Shown here piece after piece: positions 9,577-22,435 of a stretch of DNA of 64,000 bases. The stretch covers positions 2,176,001 through 2,240,000 of the forward strand of contig CAWCKH010000004.1 of assembly GCA_963796055.1 (NCBI GenBank). Direction: 5' to 3'. The DNA comes from an uncultured delta proteobacterium (GTDB taxonomy: Bacteria; Myxococcota; Myxococcia; Myxococcales; Myxococcaceae). The notes beneath the pieces were generated by a model. That model saw only the letters and a list, made by a program, of their open reading frames with translations. It was not told the DNA's origin and searched no databases. Both the position numbers and the translations under genes were made by a program. Numbering within the stretch: position 1 is the stretch's first letter; each line of letters begins with the position of its first letter.

Positions 9577-10326
9577 ATGGCGTTCCCCCTCTCTCGACGA
9601 GCTCTCCTGGGTAGCCTGCCGCTCCTGACCCTGGGCCGCCGCGCGCTGGCCTTCGGCGAGGGGGCGCGTTTCGTCCCCGGCGTCGCGGAGCACGGCGGGC
9701 GCTGGGACGGGCGGCTGTCCGGGCTCCGGCGGCTCGCCTGGGAGCTGCAGCGGCGCACCTCGGTGGAGGTGGTGCCCGAGGCGCGCGGGCTCGCGCTCAC
9801 CAGCCCGCGGCTGTTCGACCACCCCTTCCTCTACTTCGGAGGCGACGGCGACTTCCCGCCTCTCTCGGCCCTGGAGGTGGAGGCGCTGCGCCGGTACCTC
9901 GTGTTCGGGGGCTTCGTCCTGGCCGATGCAAACGACGCCAGCGGTGGGCGGGGGTTCGACGCCAGCTTCCGCCGCGAGCTCGCCCGGGTGCTCCCCGGTT
10001 CTGCGCTGGAGCCGGTGCCGAGCACCCACGTGCTGTTCAAGAGCTTCTATCTGCTCGACTCCGCCCCGGGCCGGGTCTTCCTCCATCCGCAGCTGCACAT
10101 GGTGAACCTCGGCAACCGGGTCGCGGTGGTGTACTCGCAGAACGACCTCGCCGGGGCCTGGGAGCGCGACGAGGGTGGCGCCTACGCCTACGAGGTCTCG
10201 CCGGGCGGTGAGCCGCAGCGCGAGCTGGCGGTGCGGGTGGGGATCAACGTCTGCATGTACGCGCTCTGCCTCGACTACAAGGACGATGCGGTGCACCTCC
10301 CGCTGATCCTCAAGAAGCGGAGATGA
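9577..10326 (+). CDS. DUF4159-domain protein (possible Tat signal)
   Basis: SRRALL leader; PFLYFGG, LRRYLVFGGF, SQNDLAGAW, GINVCMYALCLDYKDD motifs. Confidence 0.85.
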   Translation: MAFPLSRRALLGSLPLLTLGRRALAFGEGARFVPGVAEHGGRWDGRLSGLRRLAWELQRRTSVEVVPEARGLALTSPRLFDHPFLYFGGDGDFPPLSALEVEALRRYLVFGGFVLADANDASGGRGFDASFRRELARVLPGSALEPVPSTHVLFKSFYLLDSAPGRVFLHPQLHMVNLGNRVAVVYSQNDLAGAWERDEGGAYAYEVSPGGEPQRELAVRVGINVCMYALCLDYKDDAVHLPLILKKRR

Positions 10327-12608
10327 ACGGAGGCTCCATCACCACCTGGCGGCTGGTGAGCCTCTCTCCGCTTCCGGCCTGGGCGCTCGGGCTCCTCACC
10401 GTGCTGGTGCTTGCGGGAGTGGTGCTGGCGGTGCTCGGGCTCCGGCGCGAGCCGTCGACGTTCCGCCGTCGGGTGCTCCTGGTGCTCCGGCTCCTGGCCG
10501 GGGCGATGGCGCTCTTCTTCCTCCTCGAGCCCGGGCTGCGGCAGCTGGCCCAGGTGCGGGTGAAGAACCGGCTGGCGGTCCTGGTGGACCGCAGCGCGAG
10601 CATGGGCTTCCCGGTGCGACCGGATGGCCAGACCCGGGCTGCGGCGGCGGCCGAGGCGCTGGACCGCTTCGCCTCCGGCCTGGAGGCGCTCCGCGATCGG
10701 TACCAGGTGGAGGTCCTCGGCTTCTCTCCGGAGCTCGCCCCGGTCTCGTCGGAAGCACTGCGTACTCCGGGGACCGGCAACCGGACGGATCTCATGGCCG
10801 CGCTGCGGGCGCTGAAGGCGACCGACACCGGGGGCAGCCGCAAGCTCGCCGGCGCGATCCTCCTCTCGGACGGGGCGGACAACGCCGAGCTGCTGGCCGG
10901 GCTCCAGCCGCGCCAGGCGGACGAGCTGCGCGCGCTGGGGTTCCCGGTCTCCACCATCCGGGTGGGCGAGCCGGCGCTGGTGGATCTGGCCGTGGAGGCG
11001 GTGAAGGTGGACGACTTCGCCTTCGTCCGGAACGCGGTGACGGTGGATCTCGAGCTGCACGCCCGGGGGCTGAAGGGCCGCGACGTGCCGGTGGTCCTGC
11101 AACGCGAGGGGCTCACCGTCGGCACCCGCACCGTGCGCCTCGACCAGGACGACCAGCGGACGCCGGTCTCCTTCACCTTCACCCCGGACCAGACCGGCCG
11201 CTTCGTCTACACGGTGGGTGCACCGGTGTTCCCGGGCGAGGCGGTGGTGGAGAACAACAGCCGCTCGTTCGTGCTGAAGGTCATCCGCGACCGGGTCCGG
11301 GTGCTGCTGGTGGTGGGTCGTCCCAGCTGGGACGAGCGGTTCCTCCGGGGGCTGCTGAAGCAGGACCCCAACGTGGACCTGGTCTCGTTCTACATCCTCC
11401 GCACCTCGTCCGACGACACCCAGACCCGGAACCCTGAGCGCGAGCTGTCGCTGATTCCCTTCCCGATGGGGGAGATCTTCGACACCAAGCTCCACACCTT
11501 CGACGTGGTGGTGTTCCAGAACTTCGGCTACGCCGAGCCAGCGCTGTCCATCGCCAGCTACGAGCGGAACCTCGAGCAGTACGTGACAGGGGGCGGGGCG
11601 CTGCTGGTCATCGGCGGGGACCACGCCTTCGGCGAGGGGCGGGCAGCCTACCCCGTGCTGGATCGTGCCCTCCCGGTGGACCCGAGTGGGGCCCCGGCGG
11701 TGGTGGAGCCGTTCAAGGTGAAGCTCACTCCGGACGGGCTCCGGCACCCGGTGATGCGGGTCCAGACCACGGAGGGGGGAACGCAGTCCTCCTGGGACGA
11801 GCTGCCGCCGGCGAGCGGGCTGAACGTGGTGCGGGTGAAGCAGGGGGCGACGGTGCTGCTGGCGCACCCGAGCTTGAAGGTGGACGGGCAGCCGGCGCCG
11901 GTGCTCGCTCTCTGGGACCACGGCCGCGGCCGGGCCATGGCGATGATGATGGACGACAGCTGGACCTGGGCGTTCACCGCGCGCCGCACCGGCGAGCAGA
12001 ACCGCCACTACGACCGGTTCTGGAGCAACGCCCTGCGCTGGCTGGTGCGTGACCCGGACCTGACCACGCTTCAAGTCACCGCCGATCCGCCCACGGTCGA
12101 GCCCGGGCACGCGGTGGGGGCGGTGGTCACCGCCCGCCAGCCGGACTACCAGCCCGCGGGCTCGGCCGAGGTGCGGGTGGACCTCTTCTCCCTCGCCGAG
12201 CGAAAGGTGCTCCAGACGCGGGCGGCCACCGCCGGGCCGGACGGGGTGGCCCGCGTGGCGTTCGACCCGGTGCCTGCCGGCGCGTACAAGCTCCGGGCGA
12301 CCGCCAGGCTGAGCGGAAAGGACCTGGGCGAGGCGGACGATGCAGTGGCGGTGCGGTCGGTGGGCCCGGAGATGGCCGACGCCTGGGTCCGGACCGATCT
12401 GCTGGTGGACATCGCCCGGGCGACCGGGGGCCGCGGCTACGAGCTACCGATGGGTGGATTCCCCGATGCTCCGCTGCTGGATCCGCCCCTGGTCGAGGTC
12501 GGGCGGAGCAAGGACGCGCCGCTCTGGGATCGCTGGGGCTGGCTGGTGGCGCTGGCGGTGCTGCTCGGCGCCGAGTGGTTCCTCCGCCGGCGGTTCGGCT
12601 ACATATGA
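10323..12608 (+). CDS. Membrane protein with vWA-like and class I glutamine amidotransferase-like domains
   Basis: LVDRSASM and LLSDGAD (MIDAS-like), YVTGGGALLVIGG, GRGR...W.W, C-terminal AEWFLRRR; coupled to the DUF4159 gene. Confidence 0.82.
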   Translation: MNGGSITTWRLVSLSPLPAWALGLLTVLVLAGVVLAVLGLRREPSTFRRRVLLVLRLLAGAMALFFLLEPGLRQLAQVRVKNRLAVLVDRSASMGFPVRPDGQTRAAAAAEALDRFASGLEALRDRYQVEVLGFSPELAPVSSEALRTPGTGNRTDLMAALRALKATDTGGSRKLAGAILLSDGADNAELLAGLQPRQADELRALGFPVSTIRVGEPALVDLAVEAVKVDDFAFVRNAVTVDLELHARGLKGRDVPVVLQREGLTVGTRTVRLDQDDQRTPVSFTFTPDQTGRFVYTVGAPVFPGEAVVENNSRSFVLKVIRDRVRVLLVVGRPSWDERFLRGLLKQDPNVDLVSFYILRTSSDDTQTRNPERELSLIPFPMGEIFDTKLHTFDVVVFQNFGYAEPALSIASYERNLEQYVTGGGALLVIGGDHAFGEGRAAYPVLDRALPVDPSGAPAVVEPFKVKLTPDGLRHPVMRVQTTEGGTQSSWDELPPASGLNVVRVKQGATVLLAHPSLKVDGQPAPVLALWDHGRGRAMAMMMDDSWTWAFTARRTGEQNRHYDRFWSNALRWLVRDPDLTTLQVTADPPTVEPGHAVGAVVTARQPDYQPAGSAEVRVDLFSLAERKVLQTRAATAGPDGVARVAFDPVPAGAYKLRATARLSGKDLGEADDAVAVRSVGPEMADAWVRTDLLVDIARATGGRGYELPMGGFPDAPLLDPPLVEVGRSKDAPLWDRWGWLVALAVLLGAEWFLRRRFGYI

Positions 12609-12609
12609 G

Positions 12610-12993
12610 TCAGTTCGGCTCGCGGTCGAGCCAGCTGGCCTGGGCCGGCAGGCGGCGTGGGCCGGGGGCCAGAGCCGGGCCGCGGCAGGACCGGCACCAG
12701 GACTGGGCGACCCGCCGGCCGCGCAGGGTGCGAACCCCGAATTCGCGCAGGGTGTCCCCGACGCGCTGGCAGCGTGGGCAGCGGCTCCAGCGGGGGAGCT
12801 CGGTGGCCTCCCGGGCCTTCCGCCCATGTTCCACCACCAGCGCCAGGGCCTTGGCGAAGCCGACCTGCCACCGGGGATCGACGTGCACCGACGTGCCCTG
12901 ACTCCGGCCCCGGGATCCAGGACGCACGAGGTCCACGCCGCCGAGCAGCGACTGCTGTTCGAGGAGCGAAGGTGGACGGGCGGTACGTTCCAT
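12610..12993 (-). CDS. Hypothetical protein with putative C4 zinc finger
   Basis: CPRC...FGVR...QSWCRSCR; fills the gap between two genes. Confidence 0.55.
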   Translation of the reverse strand: MERTARPPSLLEQQSLLGGVDLVRPGSRGRSQGTSVHVDPRWQVGFAKALALVVEHGRKAREATELPRWSRCPRCQRVGDTLREFGVRTLRGRRVAQSWCRSCRGPALAPGPRRLPAQASWLDREPN

Positions 12994-13162
12994 GGAGGGA
13001 CACACTACTGCTGGGGGCTGACAATCCGTTCAGTGGTGCCCACGGCGAACCTCTGGCTCAGCGCCGTCGGAATCGCCTGCGCGGCCGGAGAAGCCGCACC
13101 CGGTGGTCGGGGACAGGCAGCAGACCGAGGCCTGACCCGGCGCCAGGAAGGCGCCGCCAGCC

Positions 13163-13447
13163 TCACCGCGCGCCGGGCTTTGGTGGTGGCCCTTCATAAC
13201 GGTAGCAGGCGACCGGGGGATCCCCCGGCAGGAACGCGGTGAGCACGTACCCGTTCGGCGCGAGCTCGATCGCGTCCCGCTCGAGTGCCTGCGCCAGCTC
13301 CTGGCCGCTCTTCCCGCGGGCGTCGGCCACCGGGCGGCAGACCACCGGCTTCACCGCGGTACCTCCGGCGTGCCCCGGCTTCGTGTCCGCTGCGGAGGCC
13401 CCCGCCGCCACCATGCATCCCAGCACCAGCCAAGCTCTCGACCTCAT
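13163..13447 (-). CDS. Small secreted hypothetical protein
   Basis: Signal-peptide-like N-terminus; two Cys in the mature part. Confidence 0.55.
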   Translation of the reverse strand: MRSRAWLVLGCMVAAGASAADTKPGHAGGTAVKPVVCRPVADARGKSGQELAQALERDAIELAPNGYVLTAFLPGDPPVACYRYEGPPPKPGAR

Positions 13448-13483
13448 CGCGCGCGCTCCTCCGCCCGTGCGTCGGGCCGAGGC

Positions 13484-15085
13484 TCACCCGGGGCGGCCGC
13501 CCCTCGCAAGAGGGACTCCCCGGGAAGGCTCCCCTCCGTTGCCCAGTGGAACCGGGAGCACGCGGCTGCAGCCGTAGGCCGGGGCCCAGACTTCCTGGAC
13601 CTCGCGGGAGTTGATGAAGGCCGCGATGCGGCGGAACGCCTCGCGTGGCCCGCCCAGCCGTTCCGCCCAGGCAAGACCGGCCAGGGACAGGTTGGGGACC
13701 GGCGGGCCGAGGCTCCGTCCCGAGCGCCCCGCCGCGGGTCCGTCGCTCCGCACCCGCTCCGGGACGAGCAGCGGAGCGAAGCGGGCGTGCCGGTGGGCCG
13801 GGACGCATCCCTCGGACTCCAGCAGGGTGGCGGCCAGTGGGAGCTCGCGCAGGTTGAAGACCAGCTTGCAGTCGCCGGCATGCGGATCGAACGCGCCGAC
13901 CAGCCGGTGGTCCCCCCGGGGGATGAGTCTCCGGTCCAGGTAGCAGAAGCCGCGCGCGCTCGCGGGAAGGCCGCCGCGGTGGCGCGCCCCTGCCCAGCGG
14001 TGGAAGGACCGCACCGCACCCGGGTCGGCGCAGGTGGGGAGCCCGGGCATGCGCCGCAGCGCCTCGAGCTTGGGGAGCAGCGGACGGGGAATCCGCTGCG
14101 CCCGCGCGAAGCGCTCGAGGTCGCGGGCGTGGAGGAAGGCGTCGACCCGGGCGAAGAGCCGCGCCGGATCGTCGTCGACCAGCAGCTCGTCGAAGCGCGT
14201 CTTGAGCCCGGTGCAGCTCACCGGAACGAGCACATCCAGCGGCTCGCCGGAGTCGCGCCAGCGGCCATCCAGTTGCTCCGCCTCGGCCGGCACCGGTCGC
14301 AGACTCCACTCCGGGCCGTCGATCTTGAAAGCCCTCGGTCGCGTGCGCTCCAGGGGACCGGAGCCGGGCGCCCAGGCCCGGAACCGCGCGGAGGGCGCCG
14401 GACCTCGCCGGGTCCGCCAGACCGTGATGCAGGTCCGCACCCGGGTCCCGGCGAACGCCCCAGCGCCGAGGTCGACCACCTCGCGCAACGTGAGCCGGTC
14501 CAGGAGCCGCCGGCGAAGCGGGGCGTACAGAAAGGCGTCGAGGAGCGTGGCCGAGGTGACCCAGGCCAGGACGCCGGGATGGTGGGCCAGCCGCTCCGAG
14601 GCCAGCAGGAGGAAGAAGGCGTAGTCGTCGCGGAGGCTGGTCCCGCGGGGAAGGGCGCCGTCGAGGCCGAGCCGGGCCAGGAGGGCGCGGTAGGCCGGTG
14701 GATCGCGGAGCAGCGGTGAGGTGCCGTTGTACGGAGGATTGCCCAGCCAGAGCTCCTCGCCGCCGGATGGGAGGCTCTGGACCAGCGCATCCCAGCCTCC
14801 TCGGAGAGCGTCGCCCTCGAGGATCCGGGCAGGGGGAACGGCGCGGCGGGCGGCGGCGGTGTGGCGGCCGTCCAGCTCCAGCCCGTGAAGTCGAGCGCGG
14901 GGAAGTGCCCGGGCAGCAGCAGCGAGGAAGCCCCCGTTCCCGCAGGCCGGGTCCACGACGGTGAGCGATGCGGGCCCGAGGTGCGGAATCGCGAGCGCGA
15001 GCACCGCGTCCACCAGCGGTGGGGGCGTGAAGTACTCGCCGTGGATCCTCCGCGCCTCGGCGGACGGGGCTGGCACACCGCCCAT
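13484..15085 (-). CDS. N6-adenine DNA methyltransferase with type ISP-like C-terminal specificity region (orphan)
   Basis: GEYFTP, DPACGNGGFL (motif I), GNPPY (motif IV), LRDDYAFF, GLKTRFD, YLDRRLI; start uncertain. Confidence 0.85.
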   Translation of the reverse strand: MGGVPAPSAEARRIHGEYFTPPPLVDAVLALAIPHLGPASLTVVDPACGNGGFLAAAARALPRARLHGLELDGRHTAAARRAVPPARILEGDALRGGWDALVQSLPSGGEELWLGNPPYNGTSPLLRDPPAYRALLARLGLDGALPRGTSLRDDYAFFLLLASERLAHHPGVLAWVTSATLLDAFLYAPLRRRLLDRLTLREVVDLGAGAFAGTRVRTCITVWRTRRGPAPSARFRAWAPGSGPLERTRPRAFKIDGPEWSLRPVPAEAEQLDGRWRDSGEPLDVLVPVSCTGLKTRFDELLVDDDPARLFARVDAFLHARDLERFARAQRIPRPLLPKLEALRRMPGLPTCADPGAVRSFHRWAGARHRGGLPASARGFCYLDRRLIPRGDHRLVGAFDPHAGDCKLVFNLRELPLAATLLESEGCVPAHRHARFAPLLVPERVRSDGPAAGRSGRSLGPPVPNLSLAGLAWAERLGGPREAFRRIAAFINSREVQEVWAPAYGCSRVLPVPLGNGGEPSRGVPLARGGRPG

Positions 15086-15116
15086 CCTACCGTCGGGACC
15101 GACGCGTCCCGGCGGC

Positions 15117-15470
15117 TCAGTGGCTGGCTGGCACGCCGGCGTGAGCAGCCGCTCCCGGAACAGTGCGAACCCGAGGATCCCGTCGCCGGACCAGAGGAAG
15201 CTGGCGAATGGCGTTGCCGCCGGGATCGCCTGCCTGGACCGCGCCGGTGGCGGCGAGCCCAAGGCTCTGGGCCAGCTCCGGAGAGACCAGAGCCTCGGAG
15301 CTGGTCCCGGTGTCGATGCCGAATGTGAACGGTCCCTTGTCGTTCACCAGGACCTGCACGAACGGCATGTTGCGCCGGAGCTCCATCGGCGCGACGTGTG
15401 CTCCGGCGTCGGTGCCGGCCCACGAGGCAGTGCCCAGAACGAGACCCGGCAGCGTGCAAAGGACTCGCAT
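15117..15470 (-). pseudogene. Truncated secreted retropepsin-like aspartyl protease
   Basis: Signal peptide, PFVQVLVNDKGPFTFGIDTG; the DGILGFALF motif follows out of frame, then the sequence breaks off. Confidence 0.75.
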
Positions 15471-15573
15471 CAAGCCTCCTGTCTGGCTGGCCCAACGTTC
15501 TGGATCCGGCCCGATTGCTCCCCATGCAGCGAAGGAGGAGCATCCGCTCGCGGTGGGCCTCCCGGGAGGACAC

Positions 15574-16245
15574 ATGGCGTTCATCGGCTTCGACGTGTAC
15601 GGCACGCTGGTGGACCCGTTGGCGATGGACGCGCCCTTGCGCGAGCACGTCGGTGACCTCGCCGAGCGGTTCGCCGCCATCTGGCGGGAGCGGCAGATCG
15701 ACTGGGCCTTCCGCCGGGCGCTGATGGGCCGCTATGCCGACTTCGACGTGGTGACCCGCGAGGCGTTCCGGGCCACGTCGGCGGTGCTCGGGCTGGATCT
15801 GCAGACAGCCGAGGCCGGCCTGCTCGACACGTATCGGCGGCTCCCGGCATTCGCCGATGCGTTCGAGGGGCTGACGCAGCTCGCCGAGGCCGGTCACCGG
15901 CTGGTCGCGTTCAGCAACGGGGTCGGCGCCACGCTGCGGGGCCTGCTCACCCACGCCCGGCTCATGCCGCCGCTGGCGGACGTGGTCAGCGTGGACGAGG
16001 TCCGGACGTACAAGCCGAGCCCGGCCGTGTACCAGCACCTGGTCGCGCGGGGCGGACAGACCGCCGAGCGGACCTGGCTCGTCTCCGCGAACGCCTGGGA
16101 CGTGCTCGGGGCCAGGTCGGCGGGCCTCAGGGCCGCGTGGATCCGCCGTTCGCCCGGGGCGCACTGGGACGGGGGTGGCATCGCCGAGCCGGACCTCGTG
16201 GTCTCCTCCATCGGCGAACTGCCTGCCCGGATGCGAGGTGCCTGA
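15574..16245 (+). CDS. Haloacid dehalogenase type II (HAD superfamily)
   Basis: FDVYGTLVD, FSNG, YKPSP, VSANAWDVLGA motifs; GGAGG RBS. Confidence 0.92.
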   Translation: MAFIGFDVYGTLVDPLAMDAPLREHVGDLAERFAAIWRERQIDWAFRRALMGRYADFDVVTREAFRATSAVLGLDLQTAEAGLLDTYRRLPAFADAFEGLTQLAEAGHRLVAFSNGVGATLRGLLTHARLMPPLADVVSVDEVRTYKPSPAVYQHLVARGGQTAERTWLVSANAWDVLGARSAGLRAAWIRRSPGAHWDGGGIAEPDLVVSSIGELPARMRGA

Positions 16246-16317
16246 CCCGCTGGACGTTCAGGCCCAGGAGGGGGAGTCTCCCGCCTCGGCGGAGCCTCTC
16301 TCGACCCGAGGTGGACG

Positions 16318-16770
16318 ATGAACGAGACCGAAACGACGGGGATGATCGACACGCTGAACCAGATCCTCGAGCTGGAGCTCGCGGGAGTCGTTCGCTACTC
16401 GCACTACTCGCTGATGATCTTCGGGCACGCGCGCATCCCGATCGTCTCCTGGATGCGCACCCAGGCGACCGAGGCGCTCGCCCATGCAGTGGCGGCGGGC
16501 GAGTATGTCACCGCGCTCGGAGGTCACCCCTCGCTCGCCATCGGCAAGCTGCTGGAGACCCACAAGCACGACATCGACCAGATCCTCCGCGAGGCGCTGG
16601 AGCACGAGCTGGAGGGCATCGCCGCCTACAAGAAGCTTCTGCAGCAGACCGAGGGCAAGAGCGTGGTCCTCGAGGAGTACGCCCGGAAGATGATCCACGG
16701 CGAGGAGACCCACGTCATGGACATCGAGAAGATGCTCCGCCGCCCCGGCAAGCTCGAGCCGGCGCGCTGA
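16318..16770 (+). CDS. Short bacterioferritin/ferritin-like protein
   Basis: LNQILELELAGVVRY, E...H, LEHE, EETH ferroxidase-type ligands; no obvious heme-ligand Met. Confidence 0.85.
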   Translation: MNETETTGMIDTLNQILELELAGVVRYSHYSLMIFGHARIPIVSWMRTQATEALAHAVAAGEYVTALGGHPSLAIGKLLETHKHDIDQILREALEHELEGIAAYKKLLQQTEGKSVVLEEYARKMIHGEETHVMDIEKMLRRPGKLEPAR

Positions 16771-16816
16771 CACGCGGGCCTTCCATCTCCCCAGGCCCGC
16801 ACCCGAGAGCGCTGCC

Positions 16817-17239
16817 TTCGGGCGGCTAACCATCGAGGTCGATGGCAAGCCGCTGGACGTGCTCTTCGACACCGGTGCGACCACCGAGCTCGGTCCCGAC
16901 GCGCTGGCGAAGCTCGGTGACGGGGGTGCGGCACAGCGGGCCACCAGCTTCATGAAGGCCGCCGTCTTCGACCGCTGGCGCTCGGCCCATCCCGACTGGA
17001 TGGCGGTCCAGAAGGCGGAGGTCCGGACCGGTGCGGACATGATCCGCGTTCCGGCCGTCGTGGTCGCCGGGCAGCAGGTCGGCCCAGTGTGGTTCACCCG
17101 CCGCCCGGACGTGGCCTTCGACAGCTTCATGTCCTCGATGATGGATGCGCCGGTGGTGGGCGCCCTCGGGGGAAGTGGCCTCCGGTACTTCCGGATCACC
17201 GTGGACTACGCGCAGGGCGTGGCGATCTTCGAGCGCTGA
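16817..17239 (+). pseudogene. C-terminal fragment of an aspartyl-protease-domain protein
   Basis: TIEVDGKPLDVLFDTGATT...VGALGG...ITVDY; homology extends upstream of the only available start codon; no N-terminus or signal peptide. Confidence 0.65.
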
Positions 17240-17278
17240 GCCGGCGCTCGCCGCGGGGGCGCGACGGCTGGTTGCGCC

Positions 17279-17968
17279 TCAGCGGAGAAGGACCGAGGCG
17301 GTGATCGCCCCGGCGGCGATGAGCAGCGCCGAGAGCGTGAGCGCCACCACCCCGGCCGCGCCCGACAGCGGGTCCTCCTCCAGGGCGCGGGCGGTGCCGA
17401 GGACGTGGGAGAGCGTGCCCAGCGCCAGTCCCCGGGCCAGTGGGGAGCGCACCCGGACCCGGCTGAGGAGCGCGGGACCGACCGCGGTTCCCAGCAGGCC
17501 GCTGGTGAACACGCAGAGGGTGGTGACCCCGGGCTCCGTCCTGACTAGCTCGGCGAGCCCCAGCGCGACCGGCAGGGTGACGGACTTCAGCGCCGCCGCC
17601 CACATCAGGGCACCGGAGAGGCCGAGCAGCGTCCCCAGCGCCCAGACCACGCCCACCGTGCTCGCACACCCGGCGGCCACGGCCAGCAGCGCGGTCCGCG
17701 GGTGGTCGGCGAGGAACGCCCGACGGCGGAAGAAGGGCAGGGCGAGCGCCGCGGTGGCCGGTCCAAGGAGCCAGGTGATCGGCGCGGCGCCCTCCAGGTA
17801 AGCATCGAGCCAGCGGCGGGGCAGCAGCGCGAACAGCCCGCTCCCGGCGAGCACGGCGAGGAAGACCGGGTGAAGAAGCGACATCCGGAGGCGCCGCTGC
17901 ACCGCGGTGCAGGCCCAGTACAGGGCCGCGGTGAAGGCGGTCGCTCCCAACACCTCCAGCGCGATCAT
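17279..17968 (-). CDS. lrgB: LrgB/CidB-family membrane protein
   Basis: LLGPATAALALP, KSVTLPVA, ARGLALGTLSHVLGTARA. Confidence 0.9.
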   Translation of the reverse strand: MIALEVLGATAFTAALYWACTAVQRRLRMSLLHPVFLAVLAGSGLFALLPRRWLDAYLEGAAPITWLLGPATAALALPFFRRRAFLADHPRTALLAVAAGCASTVGVVWALGTLLGLSGALMWAAALKSVTLPVALGLAELVRTEPGVTTLCVFTSGLLGTAVGPALLSRVRVRSPLARGLALGTLSHVLGTARALEEDPLSGAAGVVALTLSALLIAAGAITASVLLR

Positions 17969-18318
17969 CGCCGCTCCCGGAGGGCGGCGGCCTGGCCCAC
18001 CACGCCCGCTGCGACCAGCCCCACCAGCACGCTCGCCGCCAGGACCGCCACCAGAATCAGCAGCTGCCCACGGAGCAGCGGCAGCTCGCGGAGGACGCCG
18101 ATCCCCGAGGGGATGAAGAGCGCCGGGAGGATGCGAAGCAGGGCGTCGGCTCCGCTTACCACCGCGCGCTCGGGCACCGCCCGGGTCAGGAGCAGGACGA
18201 TGAGCACCACCAGCGCCAGCAGCCCCGCCGGGACCGGCAGCCCCGTGCGCGCCACCAGCCAGCGGAAGAAGGTGAACAGCGCACCGAGCAGGACGAGCTG
18301 CAGGCCGGTCCGGATCAA
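17965..18318 (-). CDS. CidA/LrgA-family membrane protein
   Basis: LPVPAGLL, LFIPSGIGV; coupled to lrgB. Confidence 0.88.
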   Translation of the reverse strand: MIRTGLQLVLLGALFTFFRWLVARTGLPVPAGLLALVVLIVLLLTRAVPERAVVSGADALLRILPALFIPSGIGVLRELPLLRGQLLILVAVLAASVLVGLVAAGVVGQAAALRERR

Positions 18319-18336
18319 GAGACGCTCGCCGACGCC

Positions 18337-21894
<3,558 letters not shown>

Positions 21895-22047
21895 GGGCGG
21901 GAGCCACCCTTCTACGGCGGGCGGCTGACGGTGTTCTAGCGTTCCCGGCGGCCAAGGACCGCCCTGATTTCAGGGGCATCAGCGGGCAGCGGCGCCTCAC
22001 TCCGGCACACCGTGCCCGGGCCCCCTCGCCGGGCGTGCGTCCGGGCG

Positions 22048-22376
22048 TCAGAATGACCGTGCCGCGCGTCCGAGCAGCTCCGAGACCTGGCTCGCCTGCC
22101 TCGGGTGAGCCGGAACGGGGTCACGCTGGCTCCCAAGACGGCCTTCCGCGTGATCGAGAGGGCGATGACTGGCTCGGTCTTCCCCGTGTCGAGGATCTGG
22201 ACTCTCAGCACCGTCGAGCCGCCGGCGGAGAACTCGAGCGTCGTCTCGCCGACCGTCTCCCGGATCCGCCCTCCGAGGAGCGTACCCACGAGGCTGCCGG
22301 CCTTCAGGTAGCGGTACACGAACGTTCCCAGGATGCCCAGAAAGACGACCGTGAAGATCGTGAGCGGATCCGGCAT
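22048..22376 (-). CDS. Hypothetical membrane protein with probable 1-bp frameshift near 22103-22105
   Basis: N-terminal TM segment; ...TPFRLT continues plausibly as QASQVSELLGRAARSF* in another frame. Confidence 0.55.
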
Positions 22377-22435
22377 CGCACGTTCCCCTTCGGGCGTGCG
22401 TCCGCCCAGGCGCCGCGACTCTACCGCGAAAGCTC

